From NCBI GenBank assembly GCA_030141605.1, contig JAQGDQ010000181.1:1-64000 (forward strand): a stretch of DNA of 64,000 nt, given 5' to 3'. The position numbers and the translations under genes are program-made. The stretch is from Tubiluchus corallicola (taxonomy: Eukaryota; Animalia; Priapulida). This document shows, one piece after another, positions 49,170 to 62,740 of the stretch (its first letter is position 1; every line of letters begins with the position of its first letter). A model generated the notes under the pieces. It was not told where the DNA came from. It did not search any database and saw nothing but the letters and a program-made list of their open reading frames with translations.

Positions 49170-52100
49170 TTAGTCATGTTGTCCATGAACTTGTGCCATA
49201 TGCTGTGCATATCTGAGACAAAGAAGTGCCAATCAGTAACTTCATACAAGATGTGCAAGATATGCAATACACAGCGTATTACTAATTGCTAACGTTCTTT
49301 TTGGCATGAAAGTTCTAAAGAAGTTTTTCAGGGTAGAAGTGACCTTTGTTCAGAGGTGAGGCAATTTTATTCAAATTTTAGGTTTGCCTTCATGAGGATG
49401 AAATTTCAGCAAGCACAAGGTCACTTTCAGCAATAATAAGGCAAATCAAGCATTGACATTATGTCTAATAAAAACACAGCCTATGAACAAAGTTCACATT
49501 ACATATAAAATCTGGTGCAAGTTTTCAATTCGACTACATTTGATCTTTAAAGTTCTTTTTTTGTTTGTGGATTGTTTATAAAATAAACCTAGAAACAGAC
49601 TCTTTATATATCACTACCAAGTCCAGTGTGTTGCACGAATTGTGTTAGATTTCTGCACCAACCGACAATGCATAATTAGGTCCCAGACAGCACATACTAG
49701 TGTCAAAATATGGTCGCGATCTTGTCAGGATTTCGACAACAAAAAATACTGTCACCAGCTTGGTACAATGTAGGATACATTTGTGCAATATTGGTGCAAC
49801 ATTATACCAATATTGTCGTTCAGTATTGGAAACACATGGTTCACACATATTGATAAAAAAATTGGTAAATGTTGTGGCAAGTTCGGATTTCCACATGGTA
49901 TCCATATTTGCAAAAATATAGTGACAACTTTGGTATAATATTGTCGTGCTCCCTAGGGGCACCTATACGATTCAAGGTCAACTTCATACCATTAAATGAG
50001 CTATGAGTATGTGGAGAATCTGCTTGGATATCACCACAAAAGCATAACCTCCAGCTATGAAAACAGAAGCAAAGAATGATGTTTACTGAAGGACAGAATA
50101 TGATCAGTTTCAGCTGTTGAGTCTCGCAAATATTGTAAATCGCACAACCTTTCCTTGCTCAAAATGCGAAGAAGGCATGACGTGAAAGCAAACATAAATG
50201 ATATATTGCACCAAACTCTTTTCAGCAGAGAAATGGTAAATTTGTTTGCTGCTGCCAGAATTTATACTGTTGTGTTTGTGTTTTTATAAATGCAACTGAC
50301 TACTCTGTAGCTTTATGCCACGTAACATATTTTGCAAACTGGAAAAAATGTGAGTTAAATTTTTGCCAATTGAGCTTTAAAGCCTTTTTTATGAAGTAAT
50401 ACTTTAGGAAATAACCATTCCAAGCAAATTAAGCAAATTAAAGACTGTTAGAAATGTATGGCTTCATTTCATAATTTTTGGTAAGAGTACCTGTTTAATG
50501 GCTCCAATACAGCAAGGAACATTGAAAACTAATACGTTATATTAATAATATTCACCATGTTAAAGCATATACAAGAACCTACATTTAACAGCACCTTTAT
50601 TACTAGTGAAATCTATGTGCCCGGAAATTTAAGTGCCAGGGTGTCCTCATGCATTAATTTTACACTTTAGAGTAATATTGATACACACGATGTGAACAGT
50701 TAAAAAATGTACAATTAAATATCCTTACGGAAAGCAAGAAAGTATGGTAACATAAGCTTGAAAATAAGATAGTGCTCTTCTGAGAGTTGCCATGATTGTA
50801 ACAACTAAAGAAGTCAAAATGCCCATAAATCTTCATCAGCTGCACAGAAATATACAATAATAAAAAATTTATGTGCAATTTCAACTGTAATTTTTTATTA
50901 TTGTATCTTTCTATGCAGCTGATGAAGTCCGAGAGGACAAAAACTCGTGAAAAAATAAAGTTTTTGAGATTCATGGGCATTTTGACTTCCTTTTTTATGA
51001 TTATGACAATGGCAAGTCTCAGAAGAGCACTATCTTATTTTCAAGCTTATGTTACCATACTTTCTTCTTCTTTTACAAATATGGTAACATGTTTGTTTCA
51101 ATAGGAAAATGAAACTGACGTCTCTTATAAAGTCTGAATGAAATGGTACAGCTTACGTACATAAACGTGGAAAATATACCAAAAGTAAACATGCGTTAAT
51201 TGCACTGTACATCATGGTGCCTTCCGCATGCAATAATAAAACCCACAAAAAAGGGTTTGAAAGAAAGTTTGCAAGATTTAGCGTCCACAAAAATTTCCTG
51301 GGGTCGGTTTCAAAAAACCGTCACTAAGTTTGCGACATTGTTATTACATTCAAGTAGCTATTAGTAACGACGTCGTTAAGTTAGTGATAGCTTTGTGAAA
51401 ACGGGCAAGGTTTAAATGTACGTTAGTGGCATTAAAAGCTGAATTTTCACTTTCATCTCATCAGTCAATGCAAATGTTACATTAATTTTTATTTTCATTA
51501 GCTCCGCTTTTTCATATTTTCTAGAATTGCAAAATTAATGCCAGCAGAATTGCACCAGCCTATGAATAATTGTGCTGATATCCGACGACCAGAACGAATA
51601 CTTACTTAGCATGCCAATCAGAAGATATGTCGCGTCTGCATTGCTCCGTGTATGCTAGCTTGTATAGTACCTGAAAGTAACATATCAGTGATCATTACCA
51701 AACAAGTAAAAAGTCCCTTTTGATGAACATTGAGATGGCAGATTCGGTTGGAGTGAACTGCGGCTAAGATCAGCTAGAAATGACGTATTGGAGAATAAAC
51801 TTGAATAGATTAGATTAGATTAGATTAAGTTTTATTCGTCTCATTTAAATTTACACATATAACAACATGCAATGTTTCTTTAAGATGATAAACACTACAT
51901 TGAGATGGGGTGCAAAATACCAAGAGGTCGCCTAGCAACCAGGTGACCTCTTTTTTTACGACATTAATATTTATTTAATTAATCTGTTAGCAGCTTGTCA
52001 CGAGACATGTTTAATAATTATACATATTATAAATTTACAAAAAAAATTGTGTTAGTAAATAAAAAAATATATGTATTTGTTATCAATATCTAATTCAATT

Positions 52101-55100
52101 ATACTCTTTTGTTAGTGCATGCAAAATAGCAGATAAACTAAAATGAGAATGCTTGAACAATTATAATAGACATAACACAATAGCACAATTCATCAACAGT
52201 TGACAAACAGACAATTCAAACAGGTAAAAAAAATCAATCAATCACAGTTTCACAACATTGACAACTTGAATAATTCAACTTGCCTTATTTCAAGGAGATA
52301 CAAAACAAGTTACAAGTTACAAAACAAACTTACACATTTTGTCAGAGCACAAACTTTCGACCTACTGCTAAAACATAAAAGTGGGTTTAACTGTGATTCA
52401 TCAATTTTCCTTATTTATAAATTTGACAGCAAAAGGCATACGTCACACATTGCCAGCCAAAAGTCACATTTTAGCTTTAAATTCAGTCGTTCACCCCAAC
52501 ACACCCGGCCAAGTATGGTAATAGCAAAACTGGATCTTAAAGTGCTTAAAACATCATTACAAATGATTCAGTAGATTCCCAAAATACCAACACAGGGCCA
52601 GCTGTAGATACTTTGTCGCCCGAGGCAAAAGTATTTTTAATGCTCCCCCCCTCCTTAATGGTCATCCCATTCCTACATGAATTTGGCACCCTAGGCAACT
52701 GTCTAGTTTGCCTAGTGGTACAGAAAGCACCAACAAAGCAGAAATGTTGATCATCCATGAACGTAAACCATGTGACTTTTGAATCCTGTTAAATTATCAT
52801 TAATTATTTAATTATTAATTTTAATGATCTAATTAAAATAAATTAATAAAGTAGGTAAAGCTGGAGCCTTCACCATGTAATGCCTCTTCCTTTCCACCAA
52901 AAGAGATTATCTATCTCACATTATCTGTATCACAAGAAGAAATGTAATATAACAAGTGAAATATATAACAAGCTAGTATAAGCTTACCAAGAAGACCAGC
53001 AGATGTAGAATAATAGTGTAGAAGAATGCAATTGTTCTAGCTATTTTGCTGCCAAGTACTAGACGTCCCTAAAACATACCACAAGAAGAAACCAGGTAAA
53101 ATAGGCATACCTGGAATCACTTAACTAACAGTTTAAAAAACTGACTTACTAATCCTATGTACAGTCAGAGTTGCAACCGTACCTAACAATAACAAAAATG
53201 TCCAACAATCTTCAAAACATGTATCTACTGGTTTTGCATTTTTCAAAAATTAAAACGATTAAAGTTGATAAATGATACAATTTCTAAATTGCATGAATGA
53301 ATGAAGTCTATGAATAAGTAACGCCTGCATAAAATGGTAGACCTGTTTTGTAACTACACACATAGATCAACTGATGCGAAACAATGAAACTATTCAGCAG
53401 TTCCATTCCATTTTTTATCAGAAATATTAACATCTTAAAATAAAGTAACCAATCTAATATAAATGTAAAGCAATGTAATGTAAAGCATGATACTAAAGTG
53501 ATATAACATAATTTAGTAAAGTTGCCAAACCAAATTTGAAAGCAGTGACAACATCTCATACAAAAGAGTCATTGGTGAGAATGATCAACCTCAGCTATTC
53601 GAATCCCTTTAGTATCCTAAGAATAACAACTGCAAACTAATACAGTAAGTCCTCGTTTAGCGCCGCAGCCGTTAAGCTATGTTTCATTTTAACGATGCTA
53701 ATTTTTGATGCCTTTTTTCACTTCACTCCTCAAGCTTTGTTTTAATGACGACTTTTTAGCTTTTCCTTAACCACTAAATCTTGTTTACTGCACTCGCACT
53801 CTATAAATGAAGCCCACTACTGTGTTTTGTTTTACATTGATGGTAAGTCACCATAGGTTTTTACAGCAATGTAACGCAAAAGATTTCATGCATCGTCGTG
53901 GTTTTTGTCGGAGCTGAAATCGACCATTTTGTTGGGCCAAGTGTTGAATAAAATTGTATTTTTCATAAATTAAATTTATCAACTCATTCAAGGTGAATTC
54001 TACCCAGTACTGGTCAACCCAGATCACACTATGGTTATTACGCGGCTAACAACAAAACTGACAGCAGGCAGTCAGACCAGAATGACTGATTGCTTTCTCA
54101 AGTTTATACAAAATTTCTCTGGTTGATAAAACGTTCTCATGTTACATAAGTTAATGGCTGCATTCACCTCATTTGCATTATAGCTATGGCAAAGAGAACG
54201 CAGAAAATGACCCTGATAGTGAGTGCAGCTGGAAAGTAAGATCGATCATAGCAAATGCAGTGTAATAAGGAAGTGTTGGTGAAAAAAAGGAAAAAAGTAA
54301 CCAACACTAGATTTTTTACGAAAAAACTAAGGAGAATGAAAGGAGCCAAAAATGGCTGGCATTGTTAAGCGAGAACTTACTGTACAGTGAAGCCATTCAC
54401 TTAACAAATCGTGGCATCCCTACCATTGTTAAAGATGCTTTATCATATATGGACAGGTCCATGTATTTCCTCTGCCTCTCTCTGCGACTGAATAACGAAA
54501 ACGGATCCAGCCCTTCCTCGTAATGAGTCGAATAACGACTCTCTGCATCTTCTGAACTCACTGTCGTTCCCTTCAACAAAACAACATAATTATTAGTGAT
54601 TTTGAAGATTCCAAGGGTTAATTAAAGGATGTTAAATAAACTTCATTGAAAAAAAATCACCATGCTGTAATGAAGCCATCCACGTGCAGTAAGCCTGGAG
54701 TAAGATAAAGCTGTTAATCCAAATCTTTGCCTCAATCATTTGATCTACAGATGATCAAATAAACCCACAATTATTAAATTTCTAAAAATAAACTTGGCAA
54801 AAAAAGTTACAAAAGTCTCGACCTTTGACCCAAAGACATTCGGATTAGAACCTCAGAATGAAAAGTATCAGGCTAAACAGTGTTTTGTCATACGTTGACT
54901 ATGTGGTCGGGCATGGCAATGAATTTAAAATCCAAAAGCCCTGGTTCAAATTCAAACTTGGTCACAACATTTCACAGTTCCTTTTGATGAGGTTTAGATC
55001 CAAAAATTTTATCAATCAAGTTTATTACAATATTTATTAATACTGAAAACAATTATATTACCTATGACATGGGCTCAAGTGCAAAAGTTTACCATTGCTA

Positions 55101-58100
55101 TATCACGTGCTTTTCTGAAGTAACAGCTACCAGGAAATAAGTTTTTTTAATGGATTTCAGCTACAGTTAAAAAAATAATGACAACAAAATAACTTAACAG
55201 GTAAAGTTTACACCTGTCGCGGAGATCGGAGGAACTCGCGTTGATAATTCGAATTGAATTTCAACTTCAATTTTCTTGTTTGTTAAAAGGAAACGTAGCA
55301 GAAGGAATTTACACATGGAAATTAATGTTCGAAGTGCCACATTTTAATTATTTTAACAAATAAAAAGTTATTTTGTTTTAGAATGCGACTTCAAATAGTT
55401 CAGTCTAATGTGTTACATGCATTTTAATACCACATAGACAACAGACATTCTTTCACAACACCTTACAGGTAATTACATTGTGATGAATTATGTCTACTTT
55501 CAAAAACATACATAGAAACAGTTTACTGCATATTTAGCTTAAGCCTTACTAAAAACAAAGTTCATTTAAACTCTACTTAAAGAAACTCAAACTCGTGTAA
55601 CACTTATGCTGATTTTACACAGAAGCAAAGACATACTCACTCTATTTGGGTAACTCTGCAGAAACTTTATCTTCTCATAAAGCTTTACATTGTCAGAACG
55701 TACTTTATCCATCTCCCCTTGTAACAATGACATTTGCTGCTGCTGTTGGACACATATCTGACAAACAAAACCCCAAAATCATTAGTAACACCTCGTTATA
55801 TTTGGTGTGCTTGCAAACCAAAACCATTCATAAGTTGGCATAGTTAAAACTACGTTATGATGCTTCAAAGTAGAATGTACCAAAAATTTGGTAAAATTTC
55901 AATTTTTTAATATTTTTATAAAAACAAATGCTAAATATATTGGACTTTTATATTCTAACATCAAATTATCAAGAAAATGTTCAGAAAATACTAAAAAGCT
56001 AATTCTATAACTCTGTGCCCATTTTTCATGCTAGAAACTAGCAGTGGCCGCCGCTTATTGTGGACACCTCGGGCCAGCAGTGTATGTCCATATTAAGCGG
56101 CTGTCCATATTAAGCGAAGTGACCCATGAAGACCCTTCCCCTTCATTAAAAAAGGCAAAAAACTGTCTGTATCAACTCGTCTCCTGTTTTATTGAAAAAA
56201 AGAAGTCAGACGAGTTTGTTTGGCAGGAAACTTTTCTCTCAACCTTGAACGGAAGGAAGTTATCACAGTTTCGAAGCTCTCAAGGCCACGGCAAACGGCG
56301 AACTGACTGATGCAATGACTCACACAGGCAGCAGAGCGGGAAGCTCTTTTCAATCACGTGCGCAGGCCGTGGTTGGCACGGCTGGTTCACGTTATATGAC
56401 CTTACGTTATAGGTTCGCTGTCCATATTAAGCGGCGGTTGTCCATATTAACCGGCGGATTTTATTAGGGGAAAATTCCGTCCCTCGCGAGTTGTCCACAA
56501 TAACCGGCTGTCCACAATAACCGTGTCCATAATAAGCGGCGGCCACTGTACTGCAATTGCAAAAAACTTGTATTTTCAAACTCCAATAGTAGCTCGTGCA
56601 AGCAGTCATTTTGTTTTAGGTTTTTCTGTTGCCAAGCGCAGATCTTTGTCAGGAAAAGCCATCTACTAGATTTAAGCATAACTTCAATCTGCACTTGCAA
56701 AGATTTATGCAGTTGCTAAGTGTTTTGTAGAATCGCGACAAAAATTAATGGCCAACTTTAACAGCGATTTTCTCAAGGTTATGTTTTTCAGTGTGCAGCC
56801 TGCACCTCACCTTCAAACTGGATTGTCTCGCCTTAGAAATAACGTGGAGCGATGAGCTTGGCATCAAAATGATCCTCATGATATGTGAATAACTAGCAAA
56901 TATTAATTGCTGACTTATGGAGGTTTTAGCTATGCAAGCACACATATACGTCTCATAGAAAATAATTAAAGTCATACAAAGATACCAACCAAATATACAT
57001 TAAAAGTGAATGAGCATCTAAACAATACATAACCATTGCGTCACGAGTTGCAACTTTTCTAATGGTTATAGTCACAAATCTTTGTTGAATGAAAAAATTG
57101 TTAAAGCCAAAGAAAATGGCATTTAGAATCATCAGAATACAACATCAATAAATTAGTTATCCCTTAAAGTGCTTGAAGCTTGCAATTTCTCTTTCTGTAA
57201 GCAAAGAATCTCAAGTATTTTTCTGGCAATAAAATCGTTACAGTTAACGCATTTGGTAATTTTAAATGAATTCATACCCCTTCCAGTTCTTGGTTACGAA
57301 GTCTAAATCGCTCTCTTTGACTTGAAATGATAGGGAGAAGTGATTCCTCTATTCCAACTTCAGCAGGTGTTAAAACTAAAGAAGTAAAAATACAAAAATA
57401 CCAATACGTAAAAATCTCACTCATCATAATTACGATTATTAAACCATTTCTTCAGAGAATGTTTACTGGCTACAGCACAGTGTATCAAGTTCTAATAATA
57501 AATTTTTGCCGAAATACATAAATCCGAACAAACCCGCCGGTGACTGTGAATTGACCAATTTCTCTGACACAAACTCTGATGGCAGTGGCTGTGATGATTC
57601 TCCCTAAAAAATAATAATTACATTAAAATATTCTTAACCATTTAAAAACGTACTTTATCCTTGTGATAATGGATAAGTCGACCTGGGTTTATATTTCTTT
57701 GATGAAAGCTTAAAAACTTCTTTTTTCTAATATGTACCTCCTACAAAGTACCGGGTATTCAAACATAGAAACTACTTTATGTTTTAGCACCATAGTTAGG
57801 CCCCTAGCTTCACACCAAGATTCTTTCTAAACAAATTACATATAAAATGTAAGAAATGTTTAATGCTTTTACTTCTCTTATTGTCTACATAATTTATTAA
57901 AAACTTTTACGAAAATAAAAATATGTACAGGTGTGCAATCAGGCGTAACAGTGAGCCCATGGTATTAAAACGTTTTCCTTGCACATGCATAGGCTCCCTT
58001 TTAGGGCATGCATTAAATTACTAGATGTAGGTAGGAGCAGCAAACAGTTGTGTTACAGTAACTATGTGTGAGTCTGGGTAGGCAGGGCTGGTGCTAGGAA

Positions 58101-58880
58101 GTGCAGGGGCCTAATTGAAAATTTGAGTCAGTGAGGCCCTCTACCCTACAAAAACTGAAGATTGATGTTTTATCCTTCATGTTTACATATTATATTGAAA
58201 AGCTATATATTATATAATCTTATTAACAGCGCTCCTTCTGTGTTGAGAGTTTGAATATCATCCACAAATTAATAAAATTAAAATGCAATGACGATGTAAC
58301 TAATGCTTATAGGGCTAGCTAATCACATTTTTTAAAACGGTAAATGGGGACAAAAAACCGACACTACAAAACAAATAAACAAACATTGAGCAAAAAACAT
58401 TGAAAAATAGATATGCAAGGACAGGAATAGTTTCACTGCCTTCACAGTATCAAAAAACTTCGTGAACACTGGACATTCATTAATTCATCATAGGGTCCTC
58501 TGCTCGAATATGTGGGCTGGGGCCCCCTCTTGATGCGGGACTCAATTTGAACAAATCTATCTAGTTGGCTTAAAAGCGGTACTGGGGGCGGGGGAGACTA
58601 ATAATCTCGTGAGTGCACGCATACATTGTTTAACACCATTTTCTTGAGCAAAAGTTGCTCTAAAGTTGCAAACTAGCATGCTGACAATAAGTATACACAA
58701 ATCAATGTCTTATACCATTTTATAGATACATTTAACCACATACCTCGCCTTCTCCACGAAAAACAGAAGAAAGCGAGTGGACATTCAATAAGTCTTTTTC
58801 CAGCTGACCAATCAGCTGCTTTTGCTCAGTTACCGTGGAAACAGCAGCCATATAATCCTTCTGGAGGGTTTCGTTCTTAC
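49170..58880 (-). CDS. CUX1: CASP (Cux alternatively spliced golgin) specific 3' exons, 8 exons
   Basis: Exons 58880-58744, 57603-57534, 57375-57278, 55757-55641, 54570-54424, 53068-52988, 51670-51606 and 49212-49170; phases consistent. Motifs SLLPIISSQRERFRLRNQELE, RSDNVKLYEKIKFLQSYP, RYSTHYEEGLDPFSLFSRRERQRKY, TM ARTIAFFYTIILHLLVFLVLYKLA (conserved Y and H), ending YAQHMAQVHGQHD*. Confidence 0.93.
49682..49957. mobile_element. MITE-like element with short imperfect TIRs and caatatt subrepeats
   Basis: cccagacagcac ... gtgctccctaggg, with repeated caatattg/aatattgtcgt motifs inside. Confidence 0.35.
50736..51066. repeat. ~330-bp palindromic (foldback/MITE) element
   Basis: 50736-50785 is the exact reverse complement of 51017-51066. 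The inner arms 50831-50869 and 50889-50927 pair with 2 mismatches. Confidence 0.92.
51301..51407. mobile_element. ~100-bp palindromic MITE, same family as 6118-6215
   Basis: Shares taacgacgtcgttaa.ttagtga..gctttgtgaa with the copy at 6.1 kb. Confidence 0.65.
51806..52560 (-). mobile_element. LINE 3' remnant with (AATCT)n tail
   Basis: (TAGAT)n at 51806-51826, followed by the sequence shared with 36870-37215 and then a decayed Cys-containing ORF end on the minus strand. Confidence 0.5.
53643..54382. mobile_element. Tigger/pogo-like MITE with TA target duplication
   Basis: TA|cagtaagtcctcgtttagc ... gttaagcgagaacttactg|TA. Confidence 0.8.
56042..56548. mobile_element. Tigger/pogo-like MITE
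   Basis: cagtggccgccgcttattgtggacac ... gtgtccataataagcggcggccactg|TA, with subterminal tgtccatattaagcg repeats. Confidence 0.88.
58083..58583. mobile_element. Degenerate hAT-like MITE
   Basis: cagggctggtgctagg..ggggcct..aggccct at the left end and ggggcccc..aaagcggtactg at the right end. Similar CAGGG-ended relics lie at ~52593-52730 and ~58996-59394. Confidence 0.35.
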
Positions 58881-61800
58881 CTAAAAAGCCAACAAGTAAA
58901 TTTAATAAGTAAGAAATCATAAAGGAAAATTCGCCCTTTAATGGAGGAATTTATTAAATAAGCCTGAACTACAATGAAGTAGAAATGTACCATTGCTAGT
59001 GGCATGGCTAACAGAGGAACAACCACATTTCTCAAAATTGGCACATTTTCAACAACTTTTTAACTGACAGTTTCAATGAATGCAGTTCCTTCATGATAAA
59101 TTTTTCACAATGCTTCATTTTGTTTTCATTTTACATTTAAAATGAAAATAATTTAATAATACACATTGTGCTTTTATGTTTAGATGTTTATAAGCTTACT
59201 GTAAAACTTTTTAACGTGTTTTAATTTTTAATACAAAATAACTATATACTTCCTTTAAAACTGAATCTTCTTCGTGTTTTGATTTTAAACAAAAATTAAA
59301 ATGTATAGTCAATGTGTTAAAAATTGTTTGGTACGTGTCTTGATGTCTTTTTTGTGTTTGCTCCGCCTAGCTTTAGAACCTGTCTATGCCCCTGACTGCA
59401 GCTAATTGTGATCATAGATTTCACTGACTGAAAAGATTTTAGTTTCTCACACCTCATGTTACATTAAAAACTTTGCTATTATTTTGTTAAATTTATGATA
59501 CATTTGTAAAGTTCTTGAAAACTTTTTATTATTATATTTAGTTTATTTGAAAAGTAGATTGTTTCTATGATACATCATGATCAAATAAATTATTGTGATA
59601 AAAACAAGTTATATAAAATATTAATCTCTTACTATATTACCTAACATTAAACTGCATAATTTCTTTGTTATTTGATTAGTGTACAGTATTTCGTAAGCAT
59701 ATTTCGATTACACTGCTGCTTTTGGAACATCCTGTACAATATTATTAACAAAGTCATTATACCATTATTAGTAACTGTAATGCTATAAGTAATGTATGAA
59801 ATGCACAGATCATGATTCGACTGCTTTTGCTAGTCACGACTCAAAGTTATGACCTATCTCAACTGCAGAAATTTGACTACTAGAAAAGGCGTTGTTGCAA
59901 CACGTGAATACAGTATCTGCTATGCTCGAAAGAGAATGAGGTCGAGTCTGACTGCTTATTCTGACAATTTAGCTTCAAGTGTCATAGTTATTTTGTAATG
60001 ATTAAGTGATGTAGTGGTCAAGGAAGTGAAATGAGGTGCAAACCTCACCCATGGTTGAAACCTCACGATCAATGGTCAGTGTACCAAACTGCACATTTGG
60101 TGCATGCTGAGTTGTTAATTTGTATTCATCGTACCTATCTATTGTAGTATGTATGTACTGCAGTGTTGAAGTTGCCATTATTGCTCAGTCTTTAATTATT
60201 CTACCAGAAATCTATGACTTGTATTATCTGCTGTTGTCTCAATGACTGTAAATGCAGCCAAAGTATTTTTTCATTTGTGTCAAAAATCAAGTATGTCAGA
60301 ATTAAAAACCACATTCGGTATGTATTTCAGTTGATGATGACATCATTTTATTTTGTCATGCACAAAAATACAGCCACCAAATCGTATCACACAATAGCGA
60401 AACCACGTATACAAACCTATAGATAAAGAGAAACTTTAAATATAATGCAAATTTGAATATGAAATTTGCTAAAGTTTTGAAAATAGTCTTAAAAAAATTT
60501 AGGACATATATAATTATATATATATATTATTATATACTGTACAACAAAAATGTATAATAACATAATTACATTGTCAATGTATAATACGATATAATTTTTA
60601 TATTAAAAGAGACACATAGAAATTGGACAAAAATAGTCTACAACTATAATATTAATGAGATTGCAGCAGAGATAAAAATTTGTAAAAATTTACAATTCAA
60701 GCTGAGCTTACTAAATTTTCTATGAGCCCATTTTGAAGTTTTAAACTTCCGTTAACGGCCGTAACAAAGTACACATATATTTCTAAAATTAAAATCCTCA
60801 CTTTTCAATTTCATGCTCAAGTGCAGCATTGTAAAAACACACAAAATTATGTCATGAGTGAGTTTTCTGGTTTGTTCATTAGAAATGATTCAATGCGGCA
60901 ACAAATACCCCCAAAACAAGAAATCTATTGCAATAAATTTCTAGACAACTTTGAGGTGGGCTGCCAACATGCAATGAAGGCTATGACAACACATACTGGT
61001 GACATTTTTACAAAGAGACAAATGGGTTGATTAATTAGGAAATTACCACACCAATGTACAAAAATCAATAAACTGATGACTCCAAGATCTTCACAAGAAC
61101 ATCTAGAAATTCTCTTTGTATGTGAAACAGCATGCGGCATCAAAAAGACGTGGATGTTGAAAAGCTAGTGTTGTAAATAGTTTATTATGACGACATACTG
61201 ATGAGACTTTACTTGCCTATATTTATGGTCAATTAAACTAACACAGTTAAAGAACGCACTAATTAAGTCTAGGGTACAGTCATAATGAATAATGTACTTC
61301 CTCGAATAAAGTAACAGGACAGATACATTTAACAAAACAACGACAGTTTCGTCTACTTCTGTTTCAAAATTAAGAGCAAGGAAAGAGGCACAGTAATAAC
61401 ATTTTTCTGACACCGATTACATTAACTACGTAAAAACTCACTAAAGGGAATAGGACATTTCATTTAGATATATTTAATTAAGATTTGCTAACTGGAACAG
61501 TTAATTTTTGGCAAAATATGTCTAAAAATGATTTTGCACATGTATATTAGGACAGAGAGAACCTAAATGATGGACCGATTCTACATGTATAGCAGGTGAG
61601 GTAATTTATTTGATCAGTTAATATAAAAGAATGGGCACTAATCACCAACTAGCAGAAGAAGGTCTTCCATCCACATTTGTTGCAACAAGAACAACACGTT
61701 TTAAATGACACAATATTTAAAATAGTTAGAGAATTCAGTAATTTACGAAAAAAGTCTAAAACTACTGCTGCACATGCAGAGTAAAGCAAGAGAATGACAT

Positions 61801-62740
61801 TATCACTAGTAAAAGTATGTTGAGCGATTTTTAAATGGTTTTAAGGAACCAGTAAACTTTGCAACAGCGCAAGCAGAGACAAAAAAGACGAATGTAAATA
61901 ATTGATTACTTGAAAATATGTCCGCAAAAACCTGCACTAGGATACCGTCGTTGCACAAATTAAACAAACAGAGAAACAAAATATAATCTATGCATAACAA
62001 ACAACAACTATAAATGACAGCCATATGTACAATCACTAAATAGTAAGAAGTAAAATAAATCGATATAAAGATCATACTTAAAATCTAAGCAAAACTAACA
62101 CTATGTACATGAGCAACTGTGATGAAAAAAATTTTCCTCCAAGAGACAGCATAAGCTAACATAAACATCTAAACAGTAAACAGATAAATGTTTACGACCA
62201 TAACTAATGAGATCTGAACAACAAAACAACAGCGATGTTTGCTAGACATGATGAACGATGTATATTACGAGACTCAAAATTGATGATGAAACAGATCTTA
62301 ACATTTCTTATAAAATGTGACCAGAAGATCAGTCATATCCGCTACAGGTCAAAATTTTCATGTTAAACCTCCATATAGGTCAACTTACCCAAGACGATAA
62401 AGGACTGCGCCATTTTGCAGTTTAAATAAGATCATATTATCATTAACTAATTTTTAAAATTAAGAAAACTACCAATGTACAAAAATAATATTTAAGAAAA
62501 TCTCGTAGTAACCCATTTGATTTGATTAGCTTGCACAAAATGCATGCACTGTAATTTACAGGGCTTAATAGCAAAAACGAAAAAGATGACCATATATGTA
62601 GGACACAAACTTGTTTTACAAGCAACACAACTAGCTCTAACATCACCTGCACAATGATATGGTATAAATGTTTTAGTTGCCATGGCAACAAGTAAAATCT
62701 CTTAAGGTTAACAAAATAAGTCACAAAAGGCACGCGAGTG

